Assembly (NCBI RefSeq): GCF_009914755.1
Contig: NC_060939.1
Length of the DNA: 64,000 nt
Origin: the human T2T-CHM13v2.0 reference genome, Homo sapiens
Direction: 5' to 3' (one strand)
Shown: piece after piece, positions 28,866 through 46,445 of the stretch
Layout: the number at the start of each line of letters is the position of its first letter
Numbering within the stretch: position 1 is the stretch's first letter
Notes under the pieces: generated by a model
What the model was told of the DNA's origin: nothing
Database searches by the model: none
The model's input: the letters and a program-made list of their open reading frames with translations, nothing else
Position numbers and translations under genes: made by a program

Positions 28866-29488
28866 TTGACTATTAGTCTTTTAACTATGATGTATGTTGC
28901 AAACATTTTCTCCCAGATTTTTATACTCTTTTATTGTGATTTTCTTTTTTGCCTTATAGAAAATTCATTTTTATAGAGCCACATTTATCAATCTTTTATT
29001 GCATCTGTATTTTAGACATAGAAAGGTTTTCCCCACACTCAGGTTATAAAGGAATGGATCCAACTTTTTTTTCTAATATTTTTATAACTTCATGTATTTC
29101 ATTTGTATTCTTGATGCATTTGGAGTTTATTCTGACATATGGTATAAGGAATGGATGCAATTTCATCATTTTCCAAATGATTATAGAGTGTCTTGACACT
29201 CATTATTTAAAAAGTGTACTTTTTTTATCTGGTGGATTGAGTTGACATTTATATAATATACAAACTTCTATTTGTATTTGGGTTTTTTTTCCTGGACTTC
29301 CTAATTTTTTCCCCACTGCTTAGTCTCTCTATTCAATGTACTATATCACAGTCTTTCAAATATAGAGACTTTAGTACATATTTCAGTATCTGGTAACACT
29401 AGCTGCTGATCAGATAGCTGTGGTTCTATGATGGATATGATTTTTCATTTTCTAACTTCATTCCGTATGTTTCTGTTATACAGACTTT
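28866..29488 (-). mobile_element. Old L1M, right part of the split element
   Basis: gatgtatgttgcaaacattttctcccag...gcatttggagtttattctgacatatggtataagg, the expected continuation of the left part. Confidence 0.7.
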
Positions 29489-30359
29489 ATTTATTTATTT
29501 ATTTATTTATTTTTTTTAATCAGGTGAATTTATCTGCTGGCATTCGTATTTTCCAGGGCCTGAAGAAAGTGGATTGAGCTCGTTTAAGGACTATACTCCA
29601 TTCTTTCTTTCTTTTTTTTTTTATTATACTTTAAGTTTTTGGGTACATGTGCACATTGTGCAGGTTAGTTACATATGTATACATGTGCCATGCTGGTGCG
29701 CTGCACCCACTAACTCGTCATCTAGCATTAGGTATATCTCCCAATGCTATCCCTCCCCCCTCCCTCCACCCCACCACAGTCCCCAGAGTGTGATATTCCC
29801 CTTCCTGTGTCCATGTGATCTCATTGTTCAATTCCCACCTATGAGTGAGAATATGCGGTGTTTGGTTTTTTGTTCTTGCGATAGTTTACTGAGAATGATG
29901 ATTTCCAATTTCATCCATGTCCCTACAAAGGACATGAACTCATCATTTTTTATGGCTACATAGTATTCCATGGTGTTATATGTGCCACATTTTCTTAATC
30001 CAGTCTATCATTGTTGGACATTTGGGTTGGTTCCAAGTCTTTGCTATTGTGAATAATGCCGCAATAAACATACGTGTGCATGTGTCTTTATAGCAGCATG
30101 ATTTATAGTCATTTGGGTATATACCCAGTAATGGGATGGCTGGGTCAAATGGTATTTGTAGTTCTAGATCCCTGAGGAATCGCCACACTGACTTCCACAA
30201 TGGTTGAACTAGTTTACAGTCCCACCAACAGTGTAAAAGTGTTCCTATTTCTCCACATCCTCTCCAGCACCTGTTGTTTCCTGACTTTTTAATGATTGCC
30301 ATTCTAACTGGTGTGAGATGGTATCTCATTGTGGTTTTGATTTGCATTTCTCTGATGGC
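29489..30359 (-). mobile_element. Young 5'-truncated L1 (L1PA2-like) with ~83-bp 3' transduction
   Basis: L1 ORF2 end and 3' UTR at 29623-30359 (GAG rather than Ta ACA diagnostic); L1 tail 29601-29622; non-L1 sequence 29518-29600; second (TTTA)n/T tail 29489-29517; TSD CAGACTTT(A) at 29481-29489 and 30360-30368. Confidence 0.92.
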
Positions 30360-30754
30360 CAGACTTTAAATCTCACTTGCTGACTTTGAAAATTTTTGTT
30401 GGTATTTTACAGAGGTTGTAATAAACACATGGATTGAATGATAAATGACATGTTTATGGTGTTGAAGTGTTTTATCCACGAAGAAAGGATGGCTTTCCAG
30501 TTGTTAAAACCTATCTTAAGTTTTTAATATTCAACTCTTTATGTGCTTAAATTTGTTTTATAAGTTGTTTCCTTCCTGGGTTGTAAAGGTTGTGCTTTAA
30601 TCATTTATGTATTTATTTAGTTAGTTAGTTTGCTTTCACTTGTCACCTCGAACAATGTCTTTAATATAGTTGTTAATTTGATTTTATAAGTATCCAGTGA
30701 CAGAAATAGTACTCAGTGATGTGGTTACTATCCAGCTAAAAGGATATAGAAAAG

Positions 30755-30808
30755 TATTAGGTTGGTTGTAATGGCAAAAATCCACAATTACTTTGCACCA
30801 ACTTAATA
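30755..30808. mobile_element. MADE1 (Hsmar1 MITE), internally deleted
   Basis: tattaggttggt...gtaatggcaaaaatccacaattactttgcaccaacttaata. Confidence 0.8.
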
Positions 30809-30845
30809 AATTTAGAAATCCAGTTGACTCTTAAATTTTCTTATT

Positions 30846-31190
<345 letters not shown>

Positions 31191-31324
31191 TAACTCAGAA
31201 TGTGTTCTAGAACTTTGAAACTGATTTTGCAAAAATACGAATGTAAATTCCACAGTTAACAAATAACCTGAGTGTCGCATTATTTATAAAGCTTTCTGTG
31301 ACATGCTTCCCTGCCTACCTATAT

Positions 31325-32085
31325 ATTTTTTAATTTATGGTTTTTATTGGCTGTATATTAGATACATATATTTATGGGGTACATGGCATATTTTGATACA
31401 GACATACGATGTGTAACAATTGCATCAGGGTGAATGGGGTGTCCATCACCTCAATAATTTATCCTTTCTTTGTGTTACAAACAATCCAATTATACTCTTT
31501 TACTTATTTTTAAATGTACAATAAGTTAGTGTTGACTGTAGTCCCTTTGTTGTGCTATCAAATACTAGATCTTATTTATTCTAAGTTTATTTCTGGACCC
31601 ATTAACCATCCCCACATCCCCTTTCCTACCCCCAACTACCCTTCCTAGCTTCTGGTAACCACCGTCTACTCTCTATCTCCATGCGTTCAATTGTTTGAAT
31701 TTTTAGCTCCCATAAATAAATGAGAATATGTGAAGTTTGTTTTTCTGTGCCTGGCTTATTTCACTTAACATAGTGACTTTCAGTTCTATTCATGTTGTTG
31801 CAAATGACAGGATCTCATTCTATTTTATAGCTGAATAGTGCTCCCACTTTTCTTCATCCATTCGTCTGATGATAGACACTTAGGTTGCTTCCAAATCTTG
31901 GCTATTGTGAATAGTGCTGCAGTAAACATGGGAGTGCAGATATCTCTTAAGTATACTGGTTTCCTTTCTTTGGGCATATACCTAGCAGGGGGATTGCTGG
32001 AGTATATCATAGCTCTATTTTTAGCTTTGAGGAACCTCCAAACTGTTCTCCATGATGGTTGCACTAATTTATGCCTACCTATCAT
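31325..32085 (-). mobile_element. L1MA-like 3' fragment
   Basis: Reverse 3' UTR (atttatggggtacatggcatattttgatac) and ORF2 end ([23 protein letters not shown]). Confidence 0.88.
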
Positions 32086-33909
32086 TTGACTGTTCTTTCT
32101 CTGCATCTCCATGTACCACATAGATGGTTCTGTATTAGTATCCATCCCACTCTAGTGCTCTTGTCAATCTCTCCCTCTTAGACTGTAAGCTCATTGGAGG
32201 TATTGACTGTGACTGATTTGTCTATGCATCCTGCTATCATAATACCTATCTTAAGGCTGCCCTCGTTAAATTGTCACAGGATGATTTCCTGCTAACAGAA
32301 TTTTGTGAATAGAATTAAATGTTATGAATCTAGAATTTTATACTGTAAAAACATGCTGATATACCATTGCAGAATCAAGAAGATAGGATCATTAAGCTGG
32401 ATGTTCAGCATCTACTTGCCATTTATAATTTAAATATGGGAATGTGACCCAAATTTGAAGGATTTTCTTCACTCCTTAAGAACTTCCCACTTTCTCTACT
32501 GGTTTTATAATGTACTATGTTGACTATTTTCAACTATAAAGGCATATCACAGTATCAATTATTTGCATTAAACCTGTATTTTCTGTCTATACCCTGCCAG
32601 GTAAATGAGAGCCCAAATGACGTTTTCACGAACATATTTATTTTTTGTTTTTATTTTTTTTTGTTTGTTTTCTCTTGCTGACCCTTAATGAAGGCTAGGC
32701 AAAAATGGAGTCGACTTTGATGCAGTCAATTTTAATTTTTGCTTAGTGCTCATGAAGTCTGCTGCCCAGTGAGTTGTATCATCTGCATTGTTGTAACATC
32801 TGAATCAACTGTGGCCTACACTGTTTGATCAGGATGACAAAATTGCTTTATTTATTCTTCTTTTACAGTTATAGCCTGCAGATAAATAGGCATTATTATA
32901 GGGGTCAAGCTTGATCATGCTGCTTGTTATATTACAAGATTTTCTCTGTGACTACAATGGCAAATTGATTAGATAAAACTTATTAACATGCAATGCCAAA
33001 TAATTGATTTATTATACTAAAATACCTCTCATGCCTAAATCAGTTACAATAACTCATTTTTAGTATGGAAAAATCATGCTTATGCATTTTGGGGTTTCCC
33101 TGAACACTAAATTAGCTACTTAGGAATTTGTCCTTGCCAACTCAATTATCATATCATATCATTAGTCTTGTCTTCTTTTCTGTCATTTCTCTAGTAAAGT
33201 TACATCAGACTAATAATTCAAGTATGCTGTGGTGAGTGCTTACCTTGAAAAAATATATTTCTTGAGATTCTATTTTTTATTTAAATATTCTTTTTATATG
33301 CACTGCTACAAAACAAGCAAGTGCTATTGTTGTACTGATAACAGAGATTTATTTAGCCCCTCCAGCTGATCAACTGAGGGATTTTAGTTTGTAGCCATGT
33401 CTAGACAAAATGCAAATGTGAGTATTTGATGCTTTTTCTTACCATCAGTATGCATTTGGAAAGTGTTAAGCATTACTTCTCCGGGTTGTTTCATAGAACT
33501 AATTATCAAGATTTCAAAGACATCTTTGCATAGATGGTGTTTTATTTTTTTGGAATAAATTTATCCCTACATTTGTTTTCTAGAAAGACATTGATAGAGT
33601 CATTCTCATAACAGGATGGGATGGAATTAAGGTAACACTAATAGGGAATGAAAGGTCATGAAACTAAAATATATGTTTTGCGTCCAATGGGTACATTTAT
33701 CATTGACAGCTGGAAATTTCAGGACACCTGATGATGAAAGAAGAAAAATACTCAAAATGACTGCAAGAGAGTTGTGGGTACTCTCTTCACATCTACTGGA
33801 TACCTTCCATTAGCTTCTGTGCTTCTCCGCATGATTTCTCTGATTACAAGAGCATGTAAGTCCCAATTGAGTACAAGCAAAAAAATGTCAAGAAATTAAC
33901 ATCCAGCTG

Positions 33910-34862
33910 AGGAACGCAGCTCCTCACCAGCAACGGAACAAAGCTGGACGGAGAATGACTTTGACGAGTTGAGAGAGGAAGGCTTCAGAAGCTCAAACTA
34001 CTCCGAGCTAAAGGAGGAAGTTTGAACCAATGGCAAAGAAGTTAAAAACTTTGAAAAAAAATTAGACGAATGGATAACTAGAATAACCAATGCAGAGAAG
34101 TCCTTAAAGGACCTGATGGATCAGAAAACCATGGCACGAGACCTACGTGACGAATGCACAAGCCTCAGTAACCGATGCGATCAACTGGAAGAAAGGGTAT
34201 CAGCAATGGAAGACGAAATGAATGAAATGAAGCATGAAGAGAAGTTTAGAGAAAAAAGAATAAAAAGAAATGCACAAAGCCTCCAAGAAATATGGGACTA
34301 TGTGAAAAGACCAAATCTACATCTAATTGGTGTACCTGAAAGTGATGGGGAGAATGGAACCAAGTTGGAAAACATTCTGCAGGATATTATCCAGGAGAAC
34401 TTCCCCAATCTAACAAGGCAGGCCAACATTCAAATTCAGGAAATACAGAGAACGCCACAAAGATACTCCTCGACAAGAGCAACTCCAAGACACATAATTG
34501 TCAGATTCACCAAAGTTGAAATGAAGGAAAAAATTTTAAGGGCAGCCAGAGAGAAAGGTCGGGTTACCCAGAAAGGGAAGCCCATCAGACTAACAGCTGA
34601 TCTCTTGGCAGAAACTCTACAAGCCAGAAGAGAGTGGGGCCCAATATTAAACATTCTTAAAGAAAAGAATTTTCAACCCAGAGTTTCATATCCAGCCAAA
34701 CTAAGCTTCATAAGTGAAGGAGAAATAAAATCCTTTACAGACAAGCAAATGCTGAGAGATTTCGTCACCACCAGGCCTGCCCTACAAGAGCTCCTGAAGG
34801 AAGCACTAAATATAGAAAGGAACAACTGGTACCAGCCACTGCCAAAACATGCCAAATTGTAA
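33910..34862 (+). pseudogene. L1 ORF1p remnant (N-terminus missing; open stretch 34116-34862 covering RRM and CTD)
   Basis: ORF track 34116..34862 has RPNLHLIGVPE, REKG, ARREW and YPAKLS motifs; start lost by truncation and a TGA at ~34023. Confidence 0.93.
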
Positions 34863-34925
34863 AGACCATCAAGGCTAGGAAGAAACTGCATCAACTAATG
34901 AGCAAAATAACCAGCTAACATCATA

Positions 34926-38753
<3,828 letters not shown>

Positions 38754-39876
38754 TCAAAGAGAACACATGGACACAGGAAGGGGAACATCACACACCGGGG
38801 ACTGTTGTGGGGTAGGGGGAGAGGGGAGGGAGAGCATTAGGAGATATACCTAATGCTAAATGACGAGTTAATGGGTGCAGCACACCAACGTGGCACATGT
38901 ATACATATGTAACAAACGTGCACGTTGTGCACATGTACCCTAAAACTTAAAGTATAGTAATAATAAAAAAAAGGAATCTAAATTTAAAAAATAAAAAAGA
39001 CAAAAAAAAAAGAAATTAACATCTTAGGAGCAACCTTTATGTAACAACTAGAAAGGATTGGTACTAGAAAGGACTAGAGTACTAGAAAGGTACTAAAAAG
39101 GACTAGGAAGTCTAGTCCAGTGTCTGATTCTTGGTGGACCTCACCTAAGACAGTGAATAATGTCTCTGCTCCCTCAGAATTTAGGTGGCTGGAAGAAAAA
39201 TGGTACTCTATTTAGTAAATTTTAGTTGTGCAAACAAAAGAAACACCTCTTTGCTCTTGGAAGCTTGCCTCCTTTTTTCCCTGGACCAGAGTTATTTTTT
39301 TGCTAATTGGATCACTCTCTGTTGAAGTTGGGTTGGAGCACAAAGACCAACTTAAAGGCCTCTGAGGAAGTATACAGCCCCTATGTCCAAATCCAAACCT
39401 TGGAATCTTACCTCCCTTGTCAGCATAATGGTACAGCAAGCCCTTTTAGGCATGCTTAAGTAAGAGAGAGCAAAGGAAAGAAGACAGTGGAGAAAAGAGG
39501 GTGAGTTTCTCAACATGGTGCAAGAGAAAGTAGAAGGAGGGCTCTCATTCTATAAAACCTTTTCGTGAGCAGTGAGCTTCCTCACTGTATGCAGCCTGAT
39601 AATGGCTCTAGAATGCCTTGGAGGCAGAAAGAATTAAGGAGAAAAGAAGGAAAAGGGAGAAGATTGAAAACCAGAAAGAGACTTTCTTTCCCCTTCATTC
39701 TTAGCATGGGTATGTCAGTTAAATCAGGGTCATGGATGTTTGTAAATTTAAAAAATGCCCCTCAGAATTTGGGCAGCCCGTATCAATCATATACCAAGAA
39801 CTTAAATTATTCATTCATGCCAAGATGGGGAGTGACTCAAGATGACTTCATATATCTCTTAAGAATCTCCATCCTC

Positions 39877-40255
<379 letters not shown>

Positions 40256-40464
40256 CTAAACTGACATGATTCTTCTTATCCTAGCCCTAAACTCTCTCAA
40301 TTCCATTTTTCTTCTTCTTTTCACAAAACTCAACTTTCCAGGAAGCAAAATGAAACTGGTCCTAAACATGTGGTGCTTTTTTACATCATTATGTTGTTGA
40401 GTGTATAACTTCTACTTCAGGAATGCTTTTTACCTTCCATGTGGAAGTACAGTTTAGTGTAAAG

Positions 40465-40652
40465 CAGTGGTCCTTAGTTTGTTGTCCTTAGACCAGCAGT
40501 ATGAGCATCAACAAGGGAGCTTGATAGTCATGCAAAATTTTAACCCCACCCAAGCATACTGCTGTTAGAAACTCTACTGGTAGAACCCAGGAATCTGTTG
40601 TTCAATAAGCCCTTCAGGTGATCCTGATCCTCCATAAATTTTGGGACCTACT
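40465..40652. mobile_element. MER5A-like hAT MITE
   Basis: cagtggtcctt...gaccagcagtatgagcatca...cccaggaatctgttgttcaataagcccttcaggtgatcctgat. Confidence 0.7.
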
Positions 40653-43324
40653 CATGTAATAATTGACCGCTGCAAATACTGGGAACTGAGACATGAAAAT
40701 CTCACTGTAGCTTGGTGTAAGTCTAGATATCCCAGTTATTCTACCCCATCCCCTTTCATTGAGAGACACAGTTGTAATTAGGAATGCTCATTGGTCTTGA
40801 TTTAGGAAGTTGGTGAGAGGGGAAAGAAAGGCTCATTAGTTCCCGTTAGGGATAGGCCTGGATAATTGTAGTGGGAATAGATGAAGAGAAAACCTGTGGT
40901 ATTTGGTTTTTTTCCTTCCAGGATGAGAGAGGATGCCTTCCTATTTCAAAATATCTCCTCCACATTGACTGAAATTTCACCAATTAGAGCTAATAAGAAA
41001 ACATTCCAGAATATGTTAAAGAGTATGTGGGAAGATGATTAGTCATAAACTTAATGTGAATTAGCTTTCATTCTAACCTGGCTGATATGCTTTAAGTAAA
41101 TGAGAGTTTGATTTTAGGGAAGGGCAATTCCAAAACAAGACACACACGAAGCTGAGTAAGAGGTGTGTGGTGGGGAAGGGGGCGATAGGCAAGAATTTAG
41201 GATGTTAGAGTCCTTGGAGAGCTTGGACAGGGCACCAAGTGGGAGGAGAGAAGTACTGAAGGTATATGCCAAAGCCAATACCAACTGTTTCCTTCATTTC
41301 ACATCCCTCCTAGGAGTCATCAGCTCTCGGTAAAGGATAGTGGTTATTTGATTTTTTTTTTAACATCCTCACTTACTTCTCCCTCACTCATTTTTATTCT
41401 CCTAGATTCAGAACATTGGAGTTTATGGAAGCAAACTGGTATTTTTCCAGCAATAGCATGGAAAATAAACTGCAAAGAAGATTCTGTCTTGAATGAATTC
41501 TAGGGACCAGTAAATGCTACAAGAATCACTTGACCTTTTAAAAAATGACTAGTCTTTGTGCTAAGTGTGAAAGCAATGCTATGCTTCCATTGAGTTCCAC
41601 AAATCTTTTTGGTGCAGGAAAATGCTAATGGGATATAGCACAAAAGCTTCAAGGTGGGAGACACAGCTGCCTTAGAGAGTCTGTCATTGAGAAGGAGGGG
41701 AAAGGGCCATTAGACAAATCTGTGTGGAAATACAGGATTTTTGGAGGCACAAAGGACAATAGGAGTTTCATGGATAAAACACATACTGTTTTTTGACACC
41801 CAAGAATTTCTAAGATTTGGCCCACAACCAGGTGAAAACAGGAGATGGATTTATAGAGCTTTCTTATCCCTCTTTGTGTCTAGCTGCTCACCATCCTCCT
41901 ACCTCAATTTTTCTTCTTCTTTTTTTTTTCATATTTGTCAGGTCTGTCACATTTTGTGTCTAGCTTTTGGTTAAATTACTCTCACGAAAGATACTTAACC
42001 TATAAAGGTCAAGTGCAGAAAATTGTTCAGAGTCACTAACTTAAGGTCATATGGCTACCTAGTGGCAACAGAGAGATCTATGGCTCCATGATCTTGCCAT
42101 AATTTCATTTGTTATTTCTGCCTGTAAATAGACCTACTGGCTCTGCATAAACATGGTTGATTTGTTGCTAAAAAGATTACAAAAATAATTGCAACCTCGA
42201 AGTTTGAGAACCTGTCTCTAGCTCACTTAAGGTCTTTCCTCACACAGTGAGGGCTGGCAAGTTGATGCCTCAGATTTCCACTGTGCTCCTTAGGATCAGC
42301 AGAGAATAAATTTGTATTGAGTCTGCACAGTTTCATTCAATATGCACGTGGAAGCAGTGAAACAAATGCAGTGTAGCTGATTTCCCAAGAGATGCTGCTA
42401 ACGTGAACCAGAAGCTCATTCAGAATAATTAAATGGACATATTCCAAATATATATTTACTCACATCAGTCACTTCCCTCCCCAGTTTCCGGTGCTTCTTG
42501 TTCCTTTGCACTCAATCTATCAGCAGGAACCACTACCTATAATCTTGTTAAGAGCAGTTAAATAGGAATAACTGCAGGTACTGTTTAATTCACTTTCAGG
42601 AAACAGGCTTTAATTGAAGAGTTCCCATCACTTTCCATGTACTTCCCAAAATATTAGAGGTTTTAATTTGCTTTTACTGACCATCATCATGTAAGAAAGC
42701 TTTCATGGAAGAAAGTCTTATATGAAGTTCTCAAAATCAGAGAAAGATGAGAGTACTTGAGAAGTAAAATATGTAAATAAATTCACTCTGCAAGGAATTC
42801 TAGCTGATGAATATTACTTTTGTTATAGAAAACTTCCTATGTTTAAGATTCATTCACCCCAATGGTATCCTTGGAATTCTGAGCCAATATCTAGATCTCC
42901 AAATTAGATATGCAAACCAGACTGTCTTTCTCAGAGGTCTGGACTGCAGTAGGCATTTCAAATGATCTGACTACGCAGGAGCTCACTTTCTAGCTTGGAT
43001 CAGAGAGATAAACACCAGGTAAAGTCAGAAAAGTCCTCAGGGGCCCACCTCTCTGTTGGTGGCCTGCCTTTTGAGCCCTAACAAGGGAGCCAGCTACAGG
43101 ACTTCTGCTATTGTTTCCTTTGAGTTGCCAACAGCCTTAGTTTCCCTAAGTTCCCAATTCCACTCTCCGATATGCTTTTTCTGCATTATACGATCTCTGC
43201 TGCCAGCCCTCACTATTCACCGTTTCCTCACTGCACCCTTTTATATCTCCTGTTAGTTTTTGATAATGAACCATGCTAAGGTGACACAGAATATCGGGCC
43301 TGAGCCCTTTCTTTGATATCTGGT

Positions 43325-43680
43325 TTGTATTGGTAAGCCCCTGTAAGAAACATCCCCCAAATCTCAGTGGCTTATCATAACAAGGATTTATTTTTTGCCT
43401 ACATCACAGCTCAATGCAGATTAGGAAGCTGTCTTCCAAGTAAGAATGCAAGATGCTGGGCTCTTTCTTTAGGGTGGCTTTGCCATCCTGGAATTCTTCA
43501 CTTCCAGTTAGTGGGAGAAAGACCAGTACCTCACAAGAACTTTTGGGGTCCAGTCCGTTCCATTGGCAAGAGCTAGTTCCATGGCCCCAATCTAACTGCA
43601 AGTGAGACTGGGAAATACACTCTTTTTGTGCATCTTGGAAGAGGAACGGAGTTGGTGAACACCAACCTACTCTCTGCTAT
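43325..43680 (-). mobile_element. MaLR LTR (MLT1-like)
   Basis: ccccaaatctcagtggctta...cattggcaagagctagttccatggccccaatctaactgcaag. Confidence 0.75.
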
Positions 43681-45747
43681 CCTCGTTGCTGAATGACTTA
43701 CTGACTTCCAATGAAGGGAGCAATATTAAGGAATCACTGTACTGGCTAATGGAAAACAAAGCAAGCACAGTTTGAATTTAATTATTTTCTCTTCCATGAT
43801 TACTTAACCATATCCCCCAATTTTACTATTTATTAGCATGAACACCTATGCAAAATTCTGAAGATCCAAATTACTTTAATTATGACTTTGATATTACTTC
43901 AGCAGTTTTAAACAAATAGAAAAAGTTCAAAACATTCTTAACCCAGTCAGCAGAGTCATCTCCAGAGAAGCTTCTGGGAATAGTTTATCTCACTTTTGTG
44001 GTGTCAATAAAAGATATGCATGGATCATCTGAATTAATAAGTAAAGAGTTATAGATTGATTAAGATGATAGCTAATGCTTTTCCTGTCTTCTAGCATGAT
44101 GGCCAGCAGCCTAGCACATAATAAGAGCTAAGAAATACAAGCTGATTTCTTTTTCCCTTCTCTGATGAGTAATTTCTCTGGTGAACCTGAGAATGGTCTT
44201 TGAAATCCCTTGTTAGGAAGTTGAAGCTTATGTTTGTTAGAGTTAGTCCATTTTGTGTCTTCGCTGTTTTCAAACATTTTGTTTTTTCAGACTTGGAAAT
44301 CCATGGTCAAATTCAATATCATCTGTGCACTTATGTGAAAACACAGAGAGGTGCTATAGGCCAAGGATTTCATTCAGCTCTCAACCCCACTGCAAGGTGG
44401 CCACAGGGCTCTAGAGAGCACTCCTCCGTTGAGGAAATGGAGACCCACTGAAGTGAGATTTGTGAGCCTCAGAGGTCACGTGTTATGCCTTCAGAAGATG
44501 ATTTCTAGGCAGTTCATGAAGTTTCTAGGCAGTGATAGGCTATTTCCCTATTTTGAGTAGTGGAGACCAGAGATGAGGCCAGTGGCTACAGTATTTGGGC
44601 ACTGAAAATTGAGGAAAGGGAAAAAGTGCTGTGATGTTAGTGCTAAGATGTCCATCTGGTTTTATCCAGCATGATACTCCAGAAGGCAAAGTCTTGTCCC
44701 ACAGAAATATCTAAATTTAATGCCTAGATTCCAGGGATCAGTGCTGAAGGGGAAAACAGAAAAATTGTTTTCTTTTTTTTTTAATTTAGGAAGAATAGAT
44801 TTTGCCACACCAATGCAGGATGTTACCACACTCACTCCATCTAAGACATGGCTTGTTTTGACAGTCTTTTAGCTTATAGCCCTGGCTCATGCTGATATTT
44901 TTTAATGTAAATGAGTTTCTTAGATTATTAAGGCAATAATTCTTCCCTATACTCCTGTTTGGTTCGATTTGATGACTGACTGTTTTTTTAATCTTGGTTG
45001 AAGATTCCTGAAAGCGAAGTTGCCTCAAGTAATTACACTTACCTCAAGGAAAACTGTATTGTCGTCACATAAACATCATCAAATATTTAAATCCACGCCA
45101 TATTTAAAATGTCTTTTAATCCTTTATTTTATCTCCTGAGAGAACAGTGTATCTTTTAGGTTGACTTTTAGGCCAACACACTCCACACCTAATTTTGGAT
45201 TTTCTAGTTTCATATTTAATTAACATCTTATGTTATAAAAATGTTTAAATATTTGACTTGTTTCAATTGATTTAAGAAAATGTCCTTTCTCCCAGAGAAG
45301 GAGAATTCATTATTTCAGTCAATAAGTCATGCTGTGACAGGTAAAGCTTGTCTCTATGATAATGCATTTGAATACTGTTTTAGGAAATAGCTGTAAATGT
45401 TGCACTGTATGGACAAAATAGAAGCATAACTGCAGTTTTGCAGTTTACAGTTTCGATAGATATATATTTATGAGTACCTATTGTACAAAGCTGTAGGTCC
45501 ATAATGAACTAAATATTTGTATCTCTCTGAAGATGCTAGGGGATATTCAGACTTACGTCATTAGCCCTCTGAGATTAGATAATTCCTAAGTCCTGACACC
45601 TCTACTTTTTCCTGATTAGAATGAAGATAACGATCCCTGTGTCCAATATGTGGGATGCTGTGAGACCTAGTGAGCTCAATACATGTGAAAATACATGTGT
45701 AAAAGTGTCAACAGTCTGACTCCTTTTTAAAATTAAGGAGTTAGAGT

Positions 45748-45838
45748 AATATTGCCAGGTAAAATACAGGATAACCAGTTAAATTATATTTCAGATAAAC
45801 AACAAATAACTTACACTTGCTAAATCTGGGAATCTTAA
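45748..45838. mobile_element. MER53-like hAT fragment
   Basis: ttgccaggtaaaatacaggataaccagttaaattatatttcagataaacaac. Confidence 0.6.
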
Positions 45839-46239
45839 ATTGGGGTTATTGAGAAGCAGTCTCTGTCATTTTCCTAAGGAAAGAGAAATTTCCCATCCCT
45901 TCAATTTCATTACCTACATTGGTGACTGATTTTTCAGGAGGGCCTTTTGGGAGCTCCTGTAGTCAGTGTTAAGGAAAGCCCCAAAGTTTTGAATGTAGCA
46001 GCAACGTAACCTGAACAATTCTATAGCCACAACCATTTAAGAGATTTTGATAACTGATTCATAGACACTTTGAAACTGATGTTCAAGAAAAATCATCTAA
46101 TTTGTTCCATTTAGAGATGAAGACTCAAACCCAAAGTTGTGAAGTGTTTGCCATTATAGAGGTAGCTAGAAGAACGGCTGCAGCTAGAACTTCCTTCTCC
46201 TGACTCCCAGGCCAATGTTCTTCCCACTCCACCACACTG

Positions 46240-46445
46240 GGTCTGGGGGCTAAATCCAAGCAGCCACCTGCTTTTGTAAATAAAGTTTAATTTGGAGCAC
46301 AGACACATCCATTTGTTTACATATTGTCTATGGCTACTGTAACTGTACAATGGCAAAGTTGAGTGGTTGCCACAGAGACTGCAAGGTTGGCAAAGCGTGT
46401 ATTTATTATCTGGTAGTTTACGAAAGAAGTCTGCCAAACACTGCT
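46240..46445. mobile_element. MER58A-like hAT MITE
   Basis: ccacctgcttttgtaaataaagttt...gagtggttgccacagagact...atttattatctgg. Confidence 0.8.

Noticed and set aside
32846-32870. Polypyrimidine tract plus TTTTACAG as a host-gene splice acceptor
   Set aside because: No convincing downstream ORF or donor; such motifs are common in AT-rich DNA.
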